Below are positions 12,223 to 25,210 of a DNA stretch of 64,000 nt, in pieces. The first letter of the stretch is position 1, and each line of letters begins with the position of its first letter. The translations under genes were made by a program, and so were the position numbers. Source of the stretch: Schmidtea polychroa (Eukaryota); assembly GCA_044892525.1 (NCBI GenBank), contig CM097885.1, positions 19,780,001-19,844,000 on the forward strand, written 5' to 3'. Below the pieces are notes generated by a model, which saw only the letters and a program-made list of their open reading frames with translations, had not been told where the DNA came from and searched no databases.

Positions 12223-13895
12223 TATTGGGCTAGAACTGATTTCTAAACCCAAAGTTAGGAATGGGACGAAATGTGCCAATACACAACACGCATACCCAGC
12301 ATTAAGTTTACTTAAATAAAAATATATAAAACACCAAGTAAACAATGATAATAGAGAGATAATATACCCAAAAATAAAACATCTGAATTAAAAATAAAAT
12401 AAAACACGAGCAAGAAGTTACATGAAAACTTACTCAAATATAACCGAAAGACATAAAACAACAAAAAACAAGTTCGAATAAAGGGATTAGTAAAAATTAA
12501 AAAAGAAAATTTAAGAAAATCTCCATAAAATCTTACGTAAAGAAAATTACATCGATATTTTGAATAAAAATCCAGAACAATTCAAAAAAAAAGGCGAAAT
12601 CCATCATGACCGCCAAACGACCCCATAAAATTTATAAAAAATAAATATTTTAGTTTAAAAAATAAATATTTTAGAAAAGAAATCATAAAAAACAATTTAA
12701 AAATAAGAAATAGATTAAATTTAGCATGGAATGTTCTGGAAATGCTGAAATCCATCATGGAGGCAACTTTAATAAAAAATAATTTAAAATTAAATTTCAA
12801 AAATAAAAACAAAAATTCTTACTGAAAAATCACCATCAAAATCGATAAAAATTAAAAATCGAATGTTCGAGAATTAAAATAATCCGAATTTGTTTTACTG
12901 CATTATAGAAAAATTTGTGAAAATAAATATAACAATATAAATTACCTAACTGAACGAGTGGAAATGTGGATTGTGCCGCTGATGACTACCGCAACTGAGG
13001 AAGAAGCAAGCATTGCGAAAACAAAGTTCGACGCTAATGCTTCTTTCTCAGCGAGGTCGAATACAGTGACAATTTCATAAATAATTACTTAAAAATTGAA
13101 ATTACAAATAAATATTAAAATTTGAATTCACCGCTTTGGGGTGATAAATAAATGACTGTTACATCATCATTTAAAACAAGTATTTAAGTCAAAGATATAC
13201 TAATTTAATTTATTAATTTAAGTTAAAGATTTATTACTTTAATTTATTATAAAATTTAAATTTTTCCGATGGATTTTTCATTTCCATGATTAAAGAACTA
13301 AAATAAATCCTGGTTTTACGCTAAATTAATATAAGATTAAAATTTAGACTAGTTGGAAATTCTTGTGGAATGGTGAGATAAGGCGGTCTAAGTATTTTGT
13401 CAGGATAGGTTGGCAGAGTGGACCAGACGCGATGAGCATTTAAACCAGAATTAAGTAGGGCAATGGGGCAACTTTAGGTAACAAATCTCATTTAGATGTC
13501 AGACGCAAGGAGATCCAAGAAAGACGGAAAAGTCGGCCCATCTTCAGGGAAGATAGGACAGATTGATCCATGAATAATGATGATCGATACGAATGGTGGG
13601 GTGAGCTGACACAGTGGGAGAATACAAGATACGTTAACAAGTTATCGGGAGCACTATTTGACGACAGGGACCGTATAAAACGGACACAAACCTTCTAACG
13701 GTAGTCCGTGAACCCAAAGGAGTGCCCAGCAATTATAGTGCGGATAGCGCGCTCACTTTTTGCGAGCACTCACCCTCTTGATACATTACCAACGTTGATC
13801 ACTCAACGGGTATTAAGTGGTAAAACAAGATTGTATTCTGGGTTACGCTGGAAACAGCACGAATAGGTAAAATGTATGCTTACTGTAACCCACCA
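12223..13895 (-). mobile_element. Probable solo LTR of giant-LTR family, copy A (1.67 kb, internally deleted)
   Basis: Minus strand TGGTGGG...CCCAATA; flanks AATT/GATT (4-bp TSD with one mismatch); splits the BEL protease frame. Confidence 0.8.
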
Positions 13896-15369
13896 GATTG
13901 ATGTAGCTTACTGAGCTTTCATCATCTAACAGTGCATTTACTTTTATTTTCTTGTTCCCATTTTCCAGGTAAATTGGAATTGTTCTTAAACTAAGGTAAG
14001 GTCTTAGGTTTTTCTCGTTCATCACTTTCTAGGTCAACATCGTGTTGTTACCTTTTTCACTCTCCTCACTGAGTTGTCTTTCATGTAATAATTCGTTGTG
14101 TCTTTGCTTACATCCGGTAACCTTGCAGAAAGATTCTTTACGACATTCCTTGGCCATTTGATTTCTTTTGAAACAATTCCTGCACAGTTTCTTTTCTTCG
14201 ATGACTTTCTTCCTTTTTGAAATTGTGAGTTGCTTGAACTTGTCACATTGGTCTAGGTAATGTTGACCACCACATTTTACATACTCTAAGCTAAAGAGGT
14301 TAGAGTTATTCGCCTGTATGACCGTTCCACTTTTAAATCTGCCATCTGGTTGCCTTGTAAAATGCGTCCGACCTCCTGGATTGAAGCTTTCTCTTCCTCT
14401 AGACACACCTTCTACTCTTGGCCCATCATAAGTCCTGGTGCTTGGTTGAATCCCATACACGACCTCGTAAGTAGATCTTAGGATCTCCGCTTCTTGTTGT
14501 ATCCATCTTCTCAAATCCTCTATTGTCTCCCGCAATTCCTTTTCTATTTTGTCTTTCTTCCATTTATAAACAAGATTTGTAGTTAACTTGCCTAAACACT
14601 TTTAAAAAAGACATCCAGTCTTTAACTCGGATTCTTTCCCAGTGGATTTAAATCGAACGGTGACTGTTTCTAATAATCCAACAAATAAGTCTAAATCCTT
14701 CAAATCTCCTTCTCGAATTGACCTGAACTTGTCCATCTCCTCTAACATTGATAAATATATCCTTTCATCCCCACCATATCGCCTATCCAACTTCTCTTTT
14801 GCCATTTATTAGATCTTTGCCGAATATCCTAGATTTTCAATTAACTTTAATGGCTCTCCGTGAAGGTACTTGTGCAGGTGAAACATCTTTTCAAACTCAT
14901 CACCTTCCGCTTCGTCAACACACGCAGTAAAAGCTGATTTCCATGGTTCGTACTCTTTCATCTTGCCTTCAAAAACAGGTATTGTAACTTTTTGTAGACT
15001 TTCTAGTTTTCTTTTACGCACTGAATTATTTTTCTTGATTGTATCATCATTCTCATTTTCTTTCTCTTCCTTAAAAGATTGATTTGCTTTCTTTTCCATC
15101 AGTGCCCCAATTATTTGATGTTTTTCCTCAATCTCTTGCAGGTCTTTATCTAAGATTGCAGTGATATCCAATCTTTGCAATTTTTTACTAATCGTTCTTA
15201 GATCCCCTAATTCTTCATCTAGACTCTCCTTTTGATCTTCATATTCATCCAACCATTCACTGACTTCTTTCCCATTTATATCATTGAGAATCTTGTTTCT
15301 CAATCTCGTTAATTTTCCTTTTTTCATTCTCTTTTTCCACAGTCCTTCTTCTAAAATCTTTTCGTCATT

Positions 15370-15597
15370 GCCACCGCACAACCTGAGTGACAAATGAGGT
15401 GTCGAACCTACTTGTATGCTATAGTCGTTCAATATTCTTTTATTTTCTAATTACTTTCCTGCGTAGACTAACATTTGATAATTTACCGGAATTCCTTCTT
15501 TGTCTTGAATTTTTTCTTTTACATTTTCAATCGTGTCATTCAATTCAACGTCAAGAGTAATTGTCTTACCAGTAAGAGTTTTGATAAATATTTGCTT
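15370..15597 (-). pseudogene. Ubiquitin-like domain in frame with BEL Gag
   Basis: 76 codons (K)[17 protein letters not shown]...KIQDKEGIP...AGK*LENKRILNDYSIQ..S..HL.LRLCGG continuing directly into Gag. Confidence 0.9.
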
Positions 15598-15930
15598 CCT
15601 ACTTCTCAATCGAAACTCTCCTTCTTCCCCTATTCGACAACAACAAGCCTCAAAACCCATTACTCCGCTCGCCCTCAACCTTGACTTAGCTCGCAAAAAC
15701 GCTGAGCTTCTTATTTTATTTTTATTTAAACGGTTCCCCTGGCTACCCACTTTAAAAAAGTGCTGGGTCCCATAGCAGCACTTTTTCACGCTTGATAGGG
15801 AAGGGAGGATGGTTAATTTTACATATATAAATTCAAAATAAAATGAAAATAGTTTAAAGGAAACCATAATTCACCATTGATCAGCCAAGGCTGTCTCGAC
15901 TGCACCATTGGTGCGTAGCCCCCTAAAGGG

Positions 15931-15948
15931 AACCACACTCTTCTACCA
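15931..15948 (-). promoter_or_regulatory. Primer binding site (initiator-Met tRNA-like) of the BEL element
   Basis: Minus strand ...AACA|TGGTAGAAGAGTGTGGTT, close to the TGGTAGCAGAG..TGGTT PBS. Confidence 0.7.
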
Positions 15949-15970
15949 TGTTTAAATATTGAATGGAACA

Positions 15971-16434
15971 TGTTGGCTCAGATAAACTCGCACTTGTATT
16001 GAGCATCATCTTCTTTCGAAACATCAGCTAAAGGCCATTTACTTGATTCCTCATATAGTAATAACTTATGTTCGGGGATAACGGCAAGCATAAAGACCGA
16101 TTTATAGAGATTCGTGTCCAAATTTCCATGCGTCTGTTCCAGTTTTATTGTTCGAATATATAGAAATTCATATCAAAACTATCCGCTTAAAGTCAATCAT
16201 TTCTGAACCTTCAACTGATTTGAATTTATTCAACTTCATTTGATCAAGATTTAATTTCCATACGATTATATAATCACATAAATCCACACTTACAAAGAAT
16301 GAGTTAGTTTCATTGATTAATTTCGCTATTGATTCTGAATGTCCATATAATATATCACTCTGTTGGCCATCTTCTAAACTCCATATAATTATAATATCAT
16401 TTTCCATTTCGAAATACATTAAACCAATTAACAA
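15971..16434 (-). pseudogene. WD40-repeat gene fragment
   Basis: IIIWSL...LYGHSESI...FVSVD.CDYIIVWKL pattern; stops downstream. Confidence 0.5.
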
Positions 16435-16549
16435 AAATCTTTATATTCAAAATTTACCAAAACTCACAATATTTAAACAAGTGATATAAAATCCAAAATA
16501 AAAATTGAAAACCGATTAATCCAAAACTTTGGTAACAACTCGACAATTG

Positions 16550-16905
<356 letters not shown>

Positions 16906-18404
16906 GTTGTTGTTATTTTTATATTATTATTATTGATGAAAAAATTGATTAATTAGGCGGTTGCCAAAAATTTTTGATTATGAATTAAAAAATAGTTGAA
17001 ATTAATATGGACTCAACAAATGTTGCGTGGAGCTGTAACCAGATACATAAAATCAACTAAATTAATTATAATTCATATGTACAGTGCCATGACCAAGGGG
17101 AAATGTTAAATAGGTCAATGTCGGCACAGGCTAAATGGAATTTTTCTTTTTATCAACTCACTTCGGATGAAACATCAAGTTGTCGTCCATCTATAGAATA
17201 TGTGAAACTGTTTTTGAACCATCTTCTTACAGACTTAGCAAAAGAAAGATGTGACCTGGTCTCGTTTAAAAACCAAAGAAATACATATCTTGTTCGATTG
17301 AATGGTAAATGGTTTGGGGGATTTGCAAAAGTAACGTAGATAACCATTCCCAATGTGAAACAAATAAAGTACAAATACAAGTACAAATAGCAGAACAACA
17401 TATAAACTTTGAGAAGGCCTTCCATATAAATACAAACGTAGAGAAATTTAATCCTATTGATTCGTATGCTAATATTGACAATAATCTGCTCAACTTAACA
17501 GAGGGATATATTAAGAAATTGCTTACCTTAATTTTAATTATGAAAGTAAGGTCACCTCTAAAGCAAATCATTCGTCGAAGACTCAATGTCATCTAAGGAA
17601 AAGGACTGTTCAATTGAAAACAATAGTCGAATCCACGAGTTATCTAGGTTGGTTAACCATTACTATGCAATTGAAGCTGAAATTATCTTTTATGAAGACT
17701 GCCAGAAAGGTAGGTTGGTTGACAATAGTATTTCTATGGTAAAAACTGTTACAAAATAAAATTGGAAGCGTCACTAATACCTTGAACAATAATAATAATA
17801 ATAATAAAAATATTATAAGAAATTTTTTTCCATTTCACCACTGATTTTTTTCCCATTGTATTTATAGTCTTCAAATTCTTTTGAATAATAAAAATAATTA
17901 TAATAATAATGATAATAATAATAGAGTTTTAAGGTATGATTAATAAAGACATGTGCAATACTGGTGCATGAATAATAAAGATGATCAGTAAAAATGCTTG
18001 ATAAACAAAACACATGACTAATAATGACATTAAAATGTATACATGCCTTTATTAATTCAAATTAGAGATATAGTTCCTTAATGAAAAATATTCGTTTTAT
18101 GATAGTCTAACATATACAAACTTGATTTTTTCTAATATTTATTTTTGAAATTTTTTAAAAATTTGAATTTCAATATCTTGTTCAATTTATATAATGATAC
18201 ATTGAATAATATGTCATTCGATAGATATTTGTTTGCTCTTTTCAACGATAAATAACTTTACATGATTTGAATGCTTTGTCAAGTTTTTTAAATTGGAAAA
18301 ATTTTCAATATTTTTTTAAATTTTAAAATTTGAATATATTTTTAAATATAAATAACAATATATTGATTTATATGTGGTTTATCGGCATTGATCGTCATAA
18401 CAAC

Positions 18405-18449
<45 letters not shown>

Positions 18450-18913
18450 CAGCGCCGTGCTGTAACTTTTGGGGGCCCTGTGCAGAAACTAAAAAAATTT
18501 TTTTTTAAATTTGAATTAATTTTTTATTGATTGTATTTAAAAAAATAATAGCAATTATAAAGTAATTTTTCTAGCTCTTTTGCTGGCAAATTCATCAATT
18601 ATAACTTCTTTTTATAACTTTGAAATAATATTACTTTTCACTAATAAGACGATATAATAAACAAACAGAAGATAACAATTTGAAGCAAAAAACAACTGAA
18701 TTATTAGGTATATTTGTTTCAAATTAAATCGTTGCCAACTAGATTTTTTTGAAAGGTAAACGAATTTTGAATTTTCAAATTTTTTTTTCCTTTCAATTCG
18801 TAGTAATTTATGGTATTGGAGAAGTTTTTCTAATGTATTTAATATTTGGGGCCCCTCAAAAATAGGGGGCCCAGTGCGATTGCACTTGTTGCACTTGCGA
18901 TAGTACGGCGCTG
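18450..18913. mobile_element. hAT-like MITE
   Basis: TIR CAGCGCCGTGCT / AGTACGGCGCTG; 8-bp flanks ATAATAAT (within a microsatellite); subterminal GGGGCCC motifs. Confidence 0.85.
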
Positions 18914-18959
<46 letters not shown>

Positions 18960-19894
18960 TAATAATAATATTGAATGTACTAACGTACTTAATTTTAAAA
19001 TTTATCACTTAATTTACCTATTTAACCAATAATTGCACGTGGTCATTGATAAATTCACAAAAATTTGAATCTAAAATTGAAATTGAAAAATATTTGATAG
19101 AAATTTCAATCTGAATTGTTATTAAAAATTATTTCATAAAAATTTTCATTTCATAAAAGCCGACTATTATTCAAACTTTTTGATAATAAATTTAAAAATT
19201 TACACGTAAATTTAATTGTTTAAGCCTTTAATTTACTTTAATTTTAAAATTTAGCCCATAATTTACTTTAATTTACTTATTTTGGACCAGTAATTACTTA
19301 ATTTAAAAATTTAGACCTTTGATTCCTAAATACAGCAATTGATTTACTTTGATTTCCTTTCTTAGCCCTTAACTTACTTCAATTTACAAATTAAGACCAT
19401 AATTTTTACTTTGATTCAATTTTTTGACCCTTAATTTACCATGCCTTTTTTTAATGAGGAGGACCCTTTTTGTATAGAAAATCCCAGAACCGAGGAGACC
19501 CACCTTAATAATACTTAGAATATTAGCAATTTATAATTACTAAATATTAGGAAAATAGAATTATAATAATTAATTACTAATATTAATATAAATTGATATA
19601 AAATTATTTAATATAAATAAAAGGTCAAATTATTGACCTGGGATCAGAAAAATTATTTTGTAGAAATATGTGTTTAATTGTCTACTACTATTAGACTTCA
19701 AAGATTGTATGTATGCATATATCAGACTTGAATTTATGAATTTCATTGTACTTAATTGCAGATCCCCTACAATAATACAATAACGCAATTAAAATGAGAA
19801 AAAAAAACGTGTACCATCCACTCTGAAATAATGAAATAGAAATTCTAATAATTTTCTATTTGTACATGCCGCTTTCACCAAATCATTTCTTATA

Positions 19895-19997
19895 CGACAA
19901 CAGATACACAAACAGATACGCCCCGACAATTAAACCCCGACAGATACGCCCCGACAGATACACACCGAAAAATGCACACCAACAGATACGCCCGATA
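19895..19997 (+). repeat. Short tandem CAGATACGCCCCGA-type repeats
   Basis: ACAGATAC occurs about five times. Confidence 0.7.
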
Positions 19998-20096
19998 GTG
20001 CACACATTCACAATGTCAATTCCTGGTTGGTGTATAAATTGTAAGCGTATTGATTATTATTTAAATCCTTAACATTGAAATGGACTCTCTGTAAAC

Positions 20097-22136
20097 ATGA
20101 ACCTTTCTGATTTTCAGTTCACCAGCTCATTGGAAGCTCCTGTTTATTTGTTAACTGCTTTAAACGAATTGTATGGAATATTTCAAAATGTTTCTACCAC
20201 TTATAGTGAAGACGGACACTTAGTTGAAAATGGTATAAAACTGAATTGTAGTCGAAAGTCTCCAGCCACAGAATATGCTGAATATGCCATTGGTACATAT
20301 TATGTTATTTGTATTATTATATTCTCCATGATGGTCAAACGAGTATCTTATAGACGGAATCAGTGTAACGGCAAGCCAGGACTTGTATTGCCAATGAACA
20401 TGTTAAACAGTCACAATTACATCGTCGAATATACGTTGATTTTTCTCTCTCTATCCGAAGCAATTTACGCTTACATTTTCGGATCGAAGGTAGAAGTTGG
20501 TCAAATAATTCCAATTGGTAATTTTTTTATTAAACTATTTATTGTTATCGTAATTTCAATTCTTTCTTATCCAATTTTTGCCGCCATTACAAGTCGCCAT
20601 TTGTTCGGCTATATTACTGTTATGCTGGCGTCAGTTGCTACTTTTTTTGTCGGGGTTTCAGCAACATATACCTATTGTTTCTGTTTAGTTGGCGTGAAAA
20701 TCGTTCCGTTTTTATTTGCAGCCGTCCTCTACAGTTCGATAGAAATATCTATTGTTGGGATGTTTGTTTGGAAAACTTTTTGTCACATACGAGAAAACGG
20801 ATTTAGAAATCGGGAATTAAACTGCAAATTGTCACCAGATAAGGAAAATTCGAAAATTTATGTTAGAAAATTGTTGAATGAAAATTTAGACTTGAAGTCA
20901 TTGAAAACAGAAAATCCGACAGAAGAAAAAGAAGAAGAATTGAAATTTATTGTCAGCCATTTTAAATGCGACGAATTGAAAAGTAAAATGAAAGAAAAGA
21001 TTTATAGACCGATTCCTGGATTCCGGTTACCACCACGATTGATGATTGGGATGTTTGTGGGGTTGTATTTTGCCTATAGGATTTTCATAGATAATATTTT
21101 GGGGCTGACTCCAATCGCGTGGAAGCTGCTAGATGTAATTAATAAAAAATATTTAACTACACAAACAAATATTAGTCGATCTTTTTACTTAATTTGGAGC
21201 AACTATTCTCTTTATTCAAAGTTGGAAATGCAAAATTCCTTTCGATATCTAACTTTCTCTTACACTCATCTTTTGATTTCCTGTCTTCTTGCAGCAATTT
21301 TTATCGCATTTATTAATTCCATTATTCAGTCCTTATTACTGTTGAGAAATTACCGACTTCATTTTCATCGAATAACGAGAAAGGGGTTCTCAACTTTCAT
21401 GGACATCAAACAAGCCCCTCCTATCTACGATTTGGTACTCGGATATGTTCGATTCAGTGGTTATCAGGCAGCGTATACTTTGTGGGGAATTTTAGTCGTG
21501 ACGTTTTTTATGTTTATAGTTCTTTTTATTGTAATTGGTATAGTTCTGTGGCCTTTATTTTATATTGAAAATTCTTGGCCTAGGACACTTCTGATTAACT
21601 ATGGTCCGGTATTAGTCGTGACGATTATTTTTAATATTATTCAAACAACGATTGTGAAATATTTATTTATCATGGAGAAAGGAACGATTATGGAAGTGAA
21701 CAATCGAAGATCATTTATAATTTATACGCATTGTGCATTTTTTCTAAATGCTATGATGGGAATTTTCAATTCTGTCAAACGTGTCATCATCTGGGTATTT
21801 TCTGGAGTGTTTTGCTTTTCTAGAATAGATTTTAGTTCTTTGCCTGAATACTTGCACGGATTCGACAGTGGATACATGGCATATGTAGGATTTGTTTACA
21901 CAGAACAATATCATTTTAATCCTATTTTACTATGCTTTACGGATCTTCTTGTGGAAACGAAAAAAGAAAAATATATTAATACAAATGAAGATCAACTCGA
22001 CTTATTAAATAATGACAAAGGACGCACGAGGTTTAGAAATTTGTGGCGTGTCGCTGTTACTTTAATAAACAACCACCAGTTGTTATTAGAGAGGAAAAAT
22101 ATTTTGAAAAATAATGTTGTTTGTGATGGAGAATGA
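20097..22136 (+). CDS. STRA6-like / RBP-receptor family multi-pass membrane protein
   Basis: 679-aa uninterrupted ORF with many hydrophobic segments. RID..LP.....D.GY..Y.G...E..H.NP.L..F and R.RN.W..A.TL.NN..L...RK motifs of the STRA6 family. Confidence 0.88.
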   Translation: MNLSDFQFTSSLEAPVYLLTALNELYGIFQNVSTTYSEDGHLVENGIKLNCSRKSPATEYAEYAIGTYYVICIIIFSMMVKRVSYRRNQCNGKPGLVLPMNMLNSHNYIVEYTLIFLSLSEAIYAYIFGSKVEVGQIIPIGNFFIKLFIVIVISILSYPIFAAITSRHLFGYITVMLASVATFFVGVSATYTYCFCLVGVKIVPFLFAAVLYSSIEISIVGMFVWKTFCHIRENGFRNRELNCKLSPDKENSKIYVRKLLNENLDLKSLKTENPTEEKEEELKFIVSHFKCDELKSKMKEKIYRPIPGFRLPPRLMIGMFVGLYFAYRIFIDNILGLTPIAWKLLDVINKKYLTTQTNISRSFYLIWSNYSLYSKLEMQNSFRYLTFSYTHLLISCLLAAIFIAFINSIIQSLLLLRNYRLHFHRITRKGFSTFMDIKQAPPIYDLVLGYVRFSGYQAAYTLWGILVVTFFMFIVLFIVIGIVLWPLFYIENSWPRTLLINYGPVLVVTIIFNIIQTTIVKYLFIMEKGTIMEVNNRRSFIIYTHCAFFLNAMMGIFNSVKRVIIWVFSGVFCFSRIDFSSLPEYLHGFDSGYMAYVGFVYTEQYHFNPILLCFTDLLVETKKEKYINTNEDQLDLLNNDKGRTRFRNLWRVAVTLINNHQLLLERKNILKNNVVCDGE

Positions 22137-22299
22137 ACAATTTGAATTAATTTTATCTAATAAATTTTCAATTAAAAATATTTTTTTTAATTATAGTTAA
22201 GTAATATTATTTTTCAAATAAATTCAATATACTATTAAAATTGGTTAGTTGCATAAAGATTATATTGTGATAGAAATTCACGGGCTGCTTGATTTGTGA

Positions 22300-22950
22300 C
22301 TAAAATGCGTCGGTATATATAGTCTGATTTTGGTGTGCGAGTATGTGTGCGTGCATTTATTCAGTTAAACAAATTTGAATTCTTTTAATTCTACTAATTT
22401 TCTTCAAGTTTGATGGCAATTTTTTATAAATTATTATTAATTGTATGCTATAAATTATATATTTTATTTATTTTTAATTAAATTATCAGCCGTGATGGAT
22501 ATGGTCTCTTTCTAGAATATTATATATTGTTTTATGCATTTTAATATATAATTCTAATTTCTTTTAATTTTTATGTTCATTTTGACTTTTTGCTAATTTA
22601 GTTATTAAATTTTTAGTTAACTTTGATCAAATTATTGGCGGTCGTGATGGATTAAGCCGTTTTTGTCAAATATTCTAGTTTTCTTTTCATTTTTATAATT
22701 TCTATCCGCAATTTATTTTCTGAATATATTTATTGGAAATCTTTCTAATTTCCATCCATACTTCATCTTGCTTGCTTCGATTATATGTCTATGTTATATT
22801 TGAGTTTGTTTCATTTTATTTTACTTTTGTGTTTATCATATTGGAGTTGAGTGAATTCTGTTTAGTGGTTTTGAGTTTCTGCGTGCTATGTTTTGACGCC
22901 TTTCAGTCACGTTTCAGTTACTTGAGCTCAAAATCGATTCTAGCCAAACA
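22300..22950 (+). mobile_element. Degenerate 3' fragment of the giant-LTR family (copy E)
   Basis: Similar to 53900-54573, including CGGTATATATA and terminal ...TTCTAGCCAAACA. Confidence 0.7.
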
Positions 22951-23679
22951 ACAGAATCTACATCTTAAAGGACGAGTTAATTTTGAAGGATCTATAAAAC
23001 AACATAATCCTCTGGAAATGTCAATCTTGATCTTTCTACATATTCATAATGTATACAAATAATTTTATCTACATTTTATTCACGTTAACTGATTTATCCT
23101 GGAGCTCAATATGAAAGACGGTTCTTTATATTAGGGAACAACTTTTCCATCTTCAATTGTATGGTTTGAAAGACATGTACTTCTTTATCAACAATCAGAT
23201 AACCAAGTACTTACAACTAGGTACCAACACTACTAGCAACTTCATTCACTACACAACCCTTTCTATTCACTAATCATCACATCTATACATTAAATCCTGT
23301 ACACAATAACAAATTAACCAACTAAAAATATTATCTCTATAGTATATTTTATCAAATGTTTTTTTAAATAAATAAATATTTTTTATTTGTGTTAGTAATC
23401 AAAAATATTTTTTACTAAAATACAATCAGCAGTTACGAAAATTTTTTCTAATTAAATAAAATGTATAGTCTAAATTTAACAAAAATGGTAAGTTTTAAAT
23501 GAAAATAATTATCAACTCAGCCACTTTAAAATAATAAAACGCCACGTGGAAATGATTAGTGGAAATTAAGTAAGATAATTTAAATATTTCAAAATTACAA
23601 TGAAAGAGATATTGTTCAAATATAGAATTCTAAATTTTATTCACAAAATATCTGCTTAACTTCCTTTGAAATGATTACG

Positions 23680-23870
23680 AACAACCAGCTAACAACTAAA
23701 TATCAAACAACTAGGTACTAACAAATAAGTACAACAACCAGCTATCACCAACAACCAAGTACCAACAACCAAGTACCAACAACCTGCTACCAACTAAATA
23801 TCAACAACCAGGTACCAATTACTAAGTACTTACAACTAGTTACTAATAACTAGGTACTAATAACCAGATA
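23680..23870 (+). repeat. ~14-bp CAACAACCAAGTAC-type minisatellite, continuing at 38988-39090
   Basis: Degenerate units on both sides of the nested insertions. Confidence 0.75.
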
Positions 23871-24109
23871 CACTCATACCTCGCTATACGGCTGCTCTTT
23901 ATACGGCTTTTCGCTATAACGGCCTACTTTAATTACGGCACTTTTTCGATTTACGGCCTAAAATGTTTCGTTATACGGCCAAAAAAAGTGTGGAATTGTA
24001 TATGGAATTGTATCAAAATACTTGATTCGTTATGAGTAGTATGATGTGAGCTCCCCAGATCATGAGCTCCCCGCATCACATATACCCCCTCCCCCCCCGG
24101 AAAAAAAAA

Positions 24110-25210
24110 TTTTTAGAACGATGCCACATATTTTTAGAACTATTACGTAACCAATGCCTAATATTTTTAGAACTATTACGTAATTTTTTAAAATTAAGTG
24201 ATCTGGCGGGCTCACACTTTTTTTCATCCCAAAAATTAATGTTCCCATTATCCGAATTTATTGGACGATACCTCATCTTAAAGCTCAGTCCAAGACCTTT
24301 CGAATGAGCCATAGAAGGTATCATCATTATTATTAACAAAGAGAATGACTCACCCAACGATGTCTAATATTTTTAGAACGATGCCTAATATTTTTCGAAC
24401 TATTGCGTAATCGATGCCTAATATTTTTAGAACGATGTCTAATATTTTTAGAATGGTGCCTCTTATTTTTAGAACTATTACGTAACCGACGCCTAATATT
24501 TTTAGAACTATTACGTAATTTTTTTAAATTAAGTGATCTGGCGGGCTCACACTTTTTTTCATCCCAAAAATTAATGTTCTCGTCAACAAATTTTATTAAC
24601 CGATACCTCATCTTAAAGCTCAGTCCAAGACCTTTCGAATGAGCTATAGGTATCTTATATATCTTTAATAGTTTTAATGTTATTAACATTTGATGACCAC
24701 CATCTTTTCAAAGTTAAATTATTATTATTTTCCAAAATATTATTAAGTGATCTGGCGGGCTCACACTTTTTTTCATCCCAAAAATTAATGTTCCCATTAT
24801 CCGAATTTATTGGACGATACCTCAACTTAAAGCTCAGTCCAAGACCTTTCGAATGATCCATAGAAGGTATCATCATCATTATTATTAACAAAGAGAATGA
24901 CTCACCCAATGACTCACCCAACGATGTCTAATATTTTTAGAACGATGCCTAATATTTTTAGAACGATGCCTAATATTTTAGAACGATGCCTAATATTTTT
25001 AGAACGATGCCTAATATTTTTAGAACTATTACGTAACCAATGTCACATATTTTTAGAACGATTATGTCATATTTTTAGAACGATGCCACATATTTTTAGA
25101 ATGATTACGTCATAATTTTAGAACGATGCCTAATATTTTTAGAATGATTACGTCATAATTTTAGAACGATGCCTAATATTTTTAGAATGGTGCCTCTTAA
25201 TTTTAGAACT
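24110..25210. repeat. Terminal arrays: ~21-bp TTTTAGAACGATGCCTAATATT units and three larger units with AAGTGATCTGGCGGGCTCACAC; mirrored at ~37655-38845
   Basis: Direct reading; accounts for the repetitive HRSKNIR ORFs. Confidence 0.9.

Larger units (their letters stand above)
11997..15970 (-). mobile_element. BEL/Pao LTR retrotransposon 5' portion (degenerate gag-protease), interrupted by 12223-13895
   Basis: VTIPVFEG...W..F Gag region and three Cys/His knuckles. The protease ALLDDESSVSYIN|LRILKELGLKG is rejoined when the insertion is removed. Several stops and frameshifts. Confidence 0.88.

Noticed and set aside
12975..13035. CTGATGA...GAAA hammerhead candidate
   Set aside because: Stems I and III cannot be formed convincingly.
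17103..17760. Short overlapping ORFs, possibly a decayed gene
   Set aside because: No family recognised.
24060..25115. ORFs in palindrome termini (and mirrors at 38011-38906)
   Set aside because: Translations of 21-bp tandem repeats; no coding evidence.
24110..25210. CRISPR-like array
   Set aside because: Contiguous tandem units without unique spacers; eukaryotic context, no cas genes.
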